A stretch of 64,000 bases of DNA from an uncultured delta proteobacterium (lineage in GTDB: Bacteria; Desulfobacterota; Desulfomonilia; UBA1062), in assembly GCA_963785235.1 (NCBI GenBank), contig CAWAUM010000013.1, positions 173,540 through 237,539 on the forward strand. The letters are read 5' to 3'. Below the pieces are notes generated by a model that was not told the origin of the DNA, made no database searches, and saw nothing but the letters and a program-made list of their open reading frames with translations. Positions 61,348-64,000 of the stretch are shown here, piece by piece; the first letter of the stretch is position 1, and each line of letters begins with the position of its first letter. A program made the translations under genes and the position numbers.

Positions 61348-63651
61348 ATTCTTTCTTTTGTTTGATTCCCAACACCTCCATCTTTGAGATGAGGGTCGTG
61401 CGCTTGAGCCCGAGTTTTTCCGCAGCCCCGCCCTTGCCGCCTATGCGCCATCCGGTGCCCTTGAGCACAGAAAGGATATGCCTGCGCTCCATGTCTTTCA
61501 GGCCGTGGTGAGCTTGCTCTTCCGGCAATGACGCGGCAGGCGGCGATATATCAAGGGTCTTCTTGCTGACGATCATTGCGCGCTCGATGACATTCTTCAA
61601 CTCCCGGACGTTCCCGGGCCATGGGTACCTCATGAGGGACTCCATGCTTTTCTGAGGGATGCCTTCGATGCGCTTACCCAGCTCTTTTTCATATTGCCTT
61701 ACGAATGCCCAGACCAGGGCGGGGATATCCTCGGTTCGTTCGCGCAGCGGTGGGATAACGATGGGGAAGACATTCAGGCGGTAGTACAGGTCTTTCCTGA
61801 ACGTTCCTTCTTTTACCGCCTCTGCAAGATCGCGGTTGGTTGCGGCTATCAGGCGGACATTGACGTGAATGGTTTTTGTGGACCCCAGCCTCTCGAATGT
61901 GCCGGCTTCGATAACCCTGAGCAGTTTGCTCTGCAGCTCGATAGGAAGCTCGCCGATCTCATCAAGGAAGAGGCTCGATCCGTCGGCTGTTTCGAAGCGG
62001 CCGGCTATTCTCGTCATGGCGCCGGTGAAAGCGCCCTTTTCACGGCCGAAGAGCTCGCTCTCGATCAGGGTGGGCGGCAGTGACGCACAGTTCACCGTGA
62101 CAAGCGGCCGGTCACTCCTCCTGCTCATGTTATGAATCGCACGGGCAAACAGCTCTTTGCCTGTACCCGTCTCGCCGAGGATGAGTACTGTAGATTCCGT
62201 GGGCGCCACCTGCTCGGCACTGACTAGCACCTGCCTGATGGCCTCGCTTTCTCCGACGATGTCACCATGCTCAAAGAGCAGTTTGACTTCCTCCCGGAGG
62301 TAGACATTCTCCTTTTCCAACTTCTCCTTGAGCCGTTCGATCTCCTCAAGCCGATCTAGGAGCTGCTTCTCCAGGAGTTTGCGGTCGGTGATGTCTATGG
62401 ACACACCCATGAGACGTTCAGGTTCTCCGGCTGCAACGGAATGTGGACGCCCGAGGCCGACAAGCCAGCGGATCCCTCCATCGGAGAGTTTGACACGGTA
62501 TTCGATCCGGGAAACATGTCGTGATTGCATGGCGTCCTGCAGGGCTTGTCTGACATTATCGCGATCCTCCGGGTGAATGACTTCGAGCAGACCTTCCAGG
62601 GTCAATTCACCCTCACGGACAACATCGTGCAGTTCGAGGGCTTTCGGTGTGGTCAGGATCCTGCCGGTGGGATATATCCAGAGACCAGAGACCGGCATCT
62701 GCAGATTCTGCTGCGAGACTGAGGCGCAACTCGCTCTCTTCTAAGTCCTTTAGAGCCTGCTCAAGATCTGCTCTATCTATGCCGACTCCAACCATGTAGT
62801 AGTCGTCATTGATAACAGTCCTTACCCCGGTCAGGAAAAAGGGAATACCCACTCCATCTTTTGTAATACCTGTCGAATAAGTACTCGACCTTCCCGATGT
62901 AAAGGCTTCCTGCATCTTAACCTTGATGACCTTTGCATCTTCTTTGCTGTAAAAGTCCAACGCATTGAAGCCGGCAAGTTCCTGAGGAGAATATCCAAGT
63001 ACTTGCTCAAAATATTTATTCCATTTCACGAGCCGTAAATTTTTATCAAAAACATAAAATATTGACGGTATGGCCTCGATAACGTCTTCAGCAAATTGTG
63101 TTTCCTTGCGCAGTTTCTCTTCGGCAATCCTCCGGACCTCGATCTCTTTCTTGAGACTCTGGTTCGCCTTTTTCAGCTTTTCCGTACGCTTGTGTACCAG
63201 CTTCTCAAGGTGTTCCTTGAGTTGTAACACTTCGAGTTGCGATTCCCGTATGTCAGTTATGTCACGGGCGATGCCCCGGAACCCCACCGGAGCATCGTTG
63301 CTATCTCTCATCAGGGTTATAGAGAGCTGGATGGTCCTTTTCGACCCATCCTTTCTGACAACTTCCACTTCCTCGGACTTCAAAGGCTTGCCGCTCCGGT
63401 AGACTTGATTGAATTTCGTAAAAATCTCTCTGGCATAGTTGCTGCCTTTTAAATCCCTGTAGGATTTGCCGTGCAGCTCCTCTGCAGAGTATCCGAGAAT
63501 CCTTGTGAGGGCGCTGTTGAAAAAGGTCATGCGGCCATTAAAGATCTATCTTGTAGTAGCCGTCTTCAATCTGATCGAGGATGGTATTTGATTTCTGCTC
63601 GCATGCGAGCAGCGCATCTTCAGCCCTCGTGTTTGATGAGGTTTTCTTCAT
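61346..63651 (-). CDS. Multi-PAS sigma-54-dependent activator (frameshifts near 63540 and 62670)
   Basis: Three PAS segments, [44 protein letters not shown], Fis-type HTH; spread over three consecutive ORFs. Confidence 0.9.
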
Positions 63652-64000
63652 GCATGGTCTCCTATAAATCCAATCAAATGGCATGCCTCCAAATGGTAAA
63701 AATAATATTTCCGCAAGCCAGGCGCCTTCATTCTGGAATAGAGGCTCATGCGCTTTGTGCCCATGGTCTCGGAAGCACCTCAGGGTCTGCTGAACCTGGT
63801 TCTTATTCAAATCATTATAATATCGATTATGATTGATGTCTACGAATCACATATCAGGAATAGTAACCAGCTGATCGATCATTAAAATGAGTTTTCTACA
63901 GTACGCTCAAGATACCTGTACTAAGCCTGGTTTGGAGATAGTATGAACCATGATCATTGCAATTGGTTGGCTCTTCGAGTCCTTTTGAATCAGAAACGGT

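Overview
64-kb chromosomal window, probably from an anaerobic Desulfobacterota/deltaproteobacterium (inferred from gene content). It carries housekeeping genes (ndk, ftsH, msrAB, typA, a ychF-like gene, ettA, rfbC, nadE, rnpB, folD, gcvT-H-PA-PB), c-di-GMP/chemotaxis genes (PilZ, HD-GYP, orphan CheZ-like) and an ECF sigma/anti-sigma pair. A long minus-strand redox cluster (about 42.3-60.5 kb) holds four 2-hydroxyacyl-CoA dehydratase/benzoyl-CoA-reductase-type subunits, three ASKHA activases, a CooC-type ATPase, a truncated acetyl-CoA-synthase-like protein, an AOR and an acyl-CoA ligase, next to a PAS/sigma-54 activator with a visible enhancer and promoter. Non-coding highlights: (i) an ORF-poor segment at 42041-42272 bounded by a 23-bp inverted repeat, with four units about 46 nt apart carrying CUGA/UGAUGA (box D/box C-like) motifs; (ii) a MITE family with 5-bp target duplication and an internal 28-bp perfect hairpin; (iii) REP-type palindromes. 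Ten frameshifts are all single-base insertions, most likely long-read errors. No tRNA, rRNA, canonical CRISPR array, cas gene or transposase was recognised.
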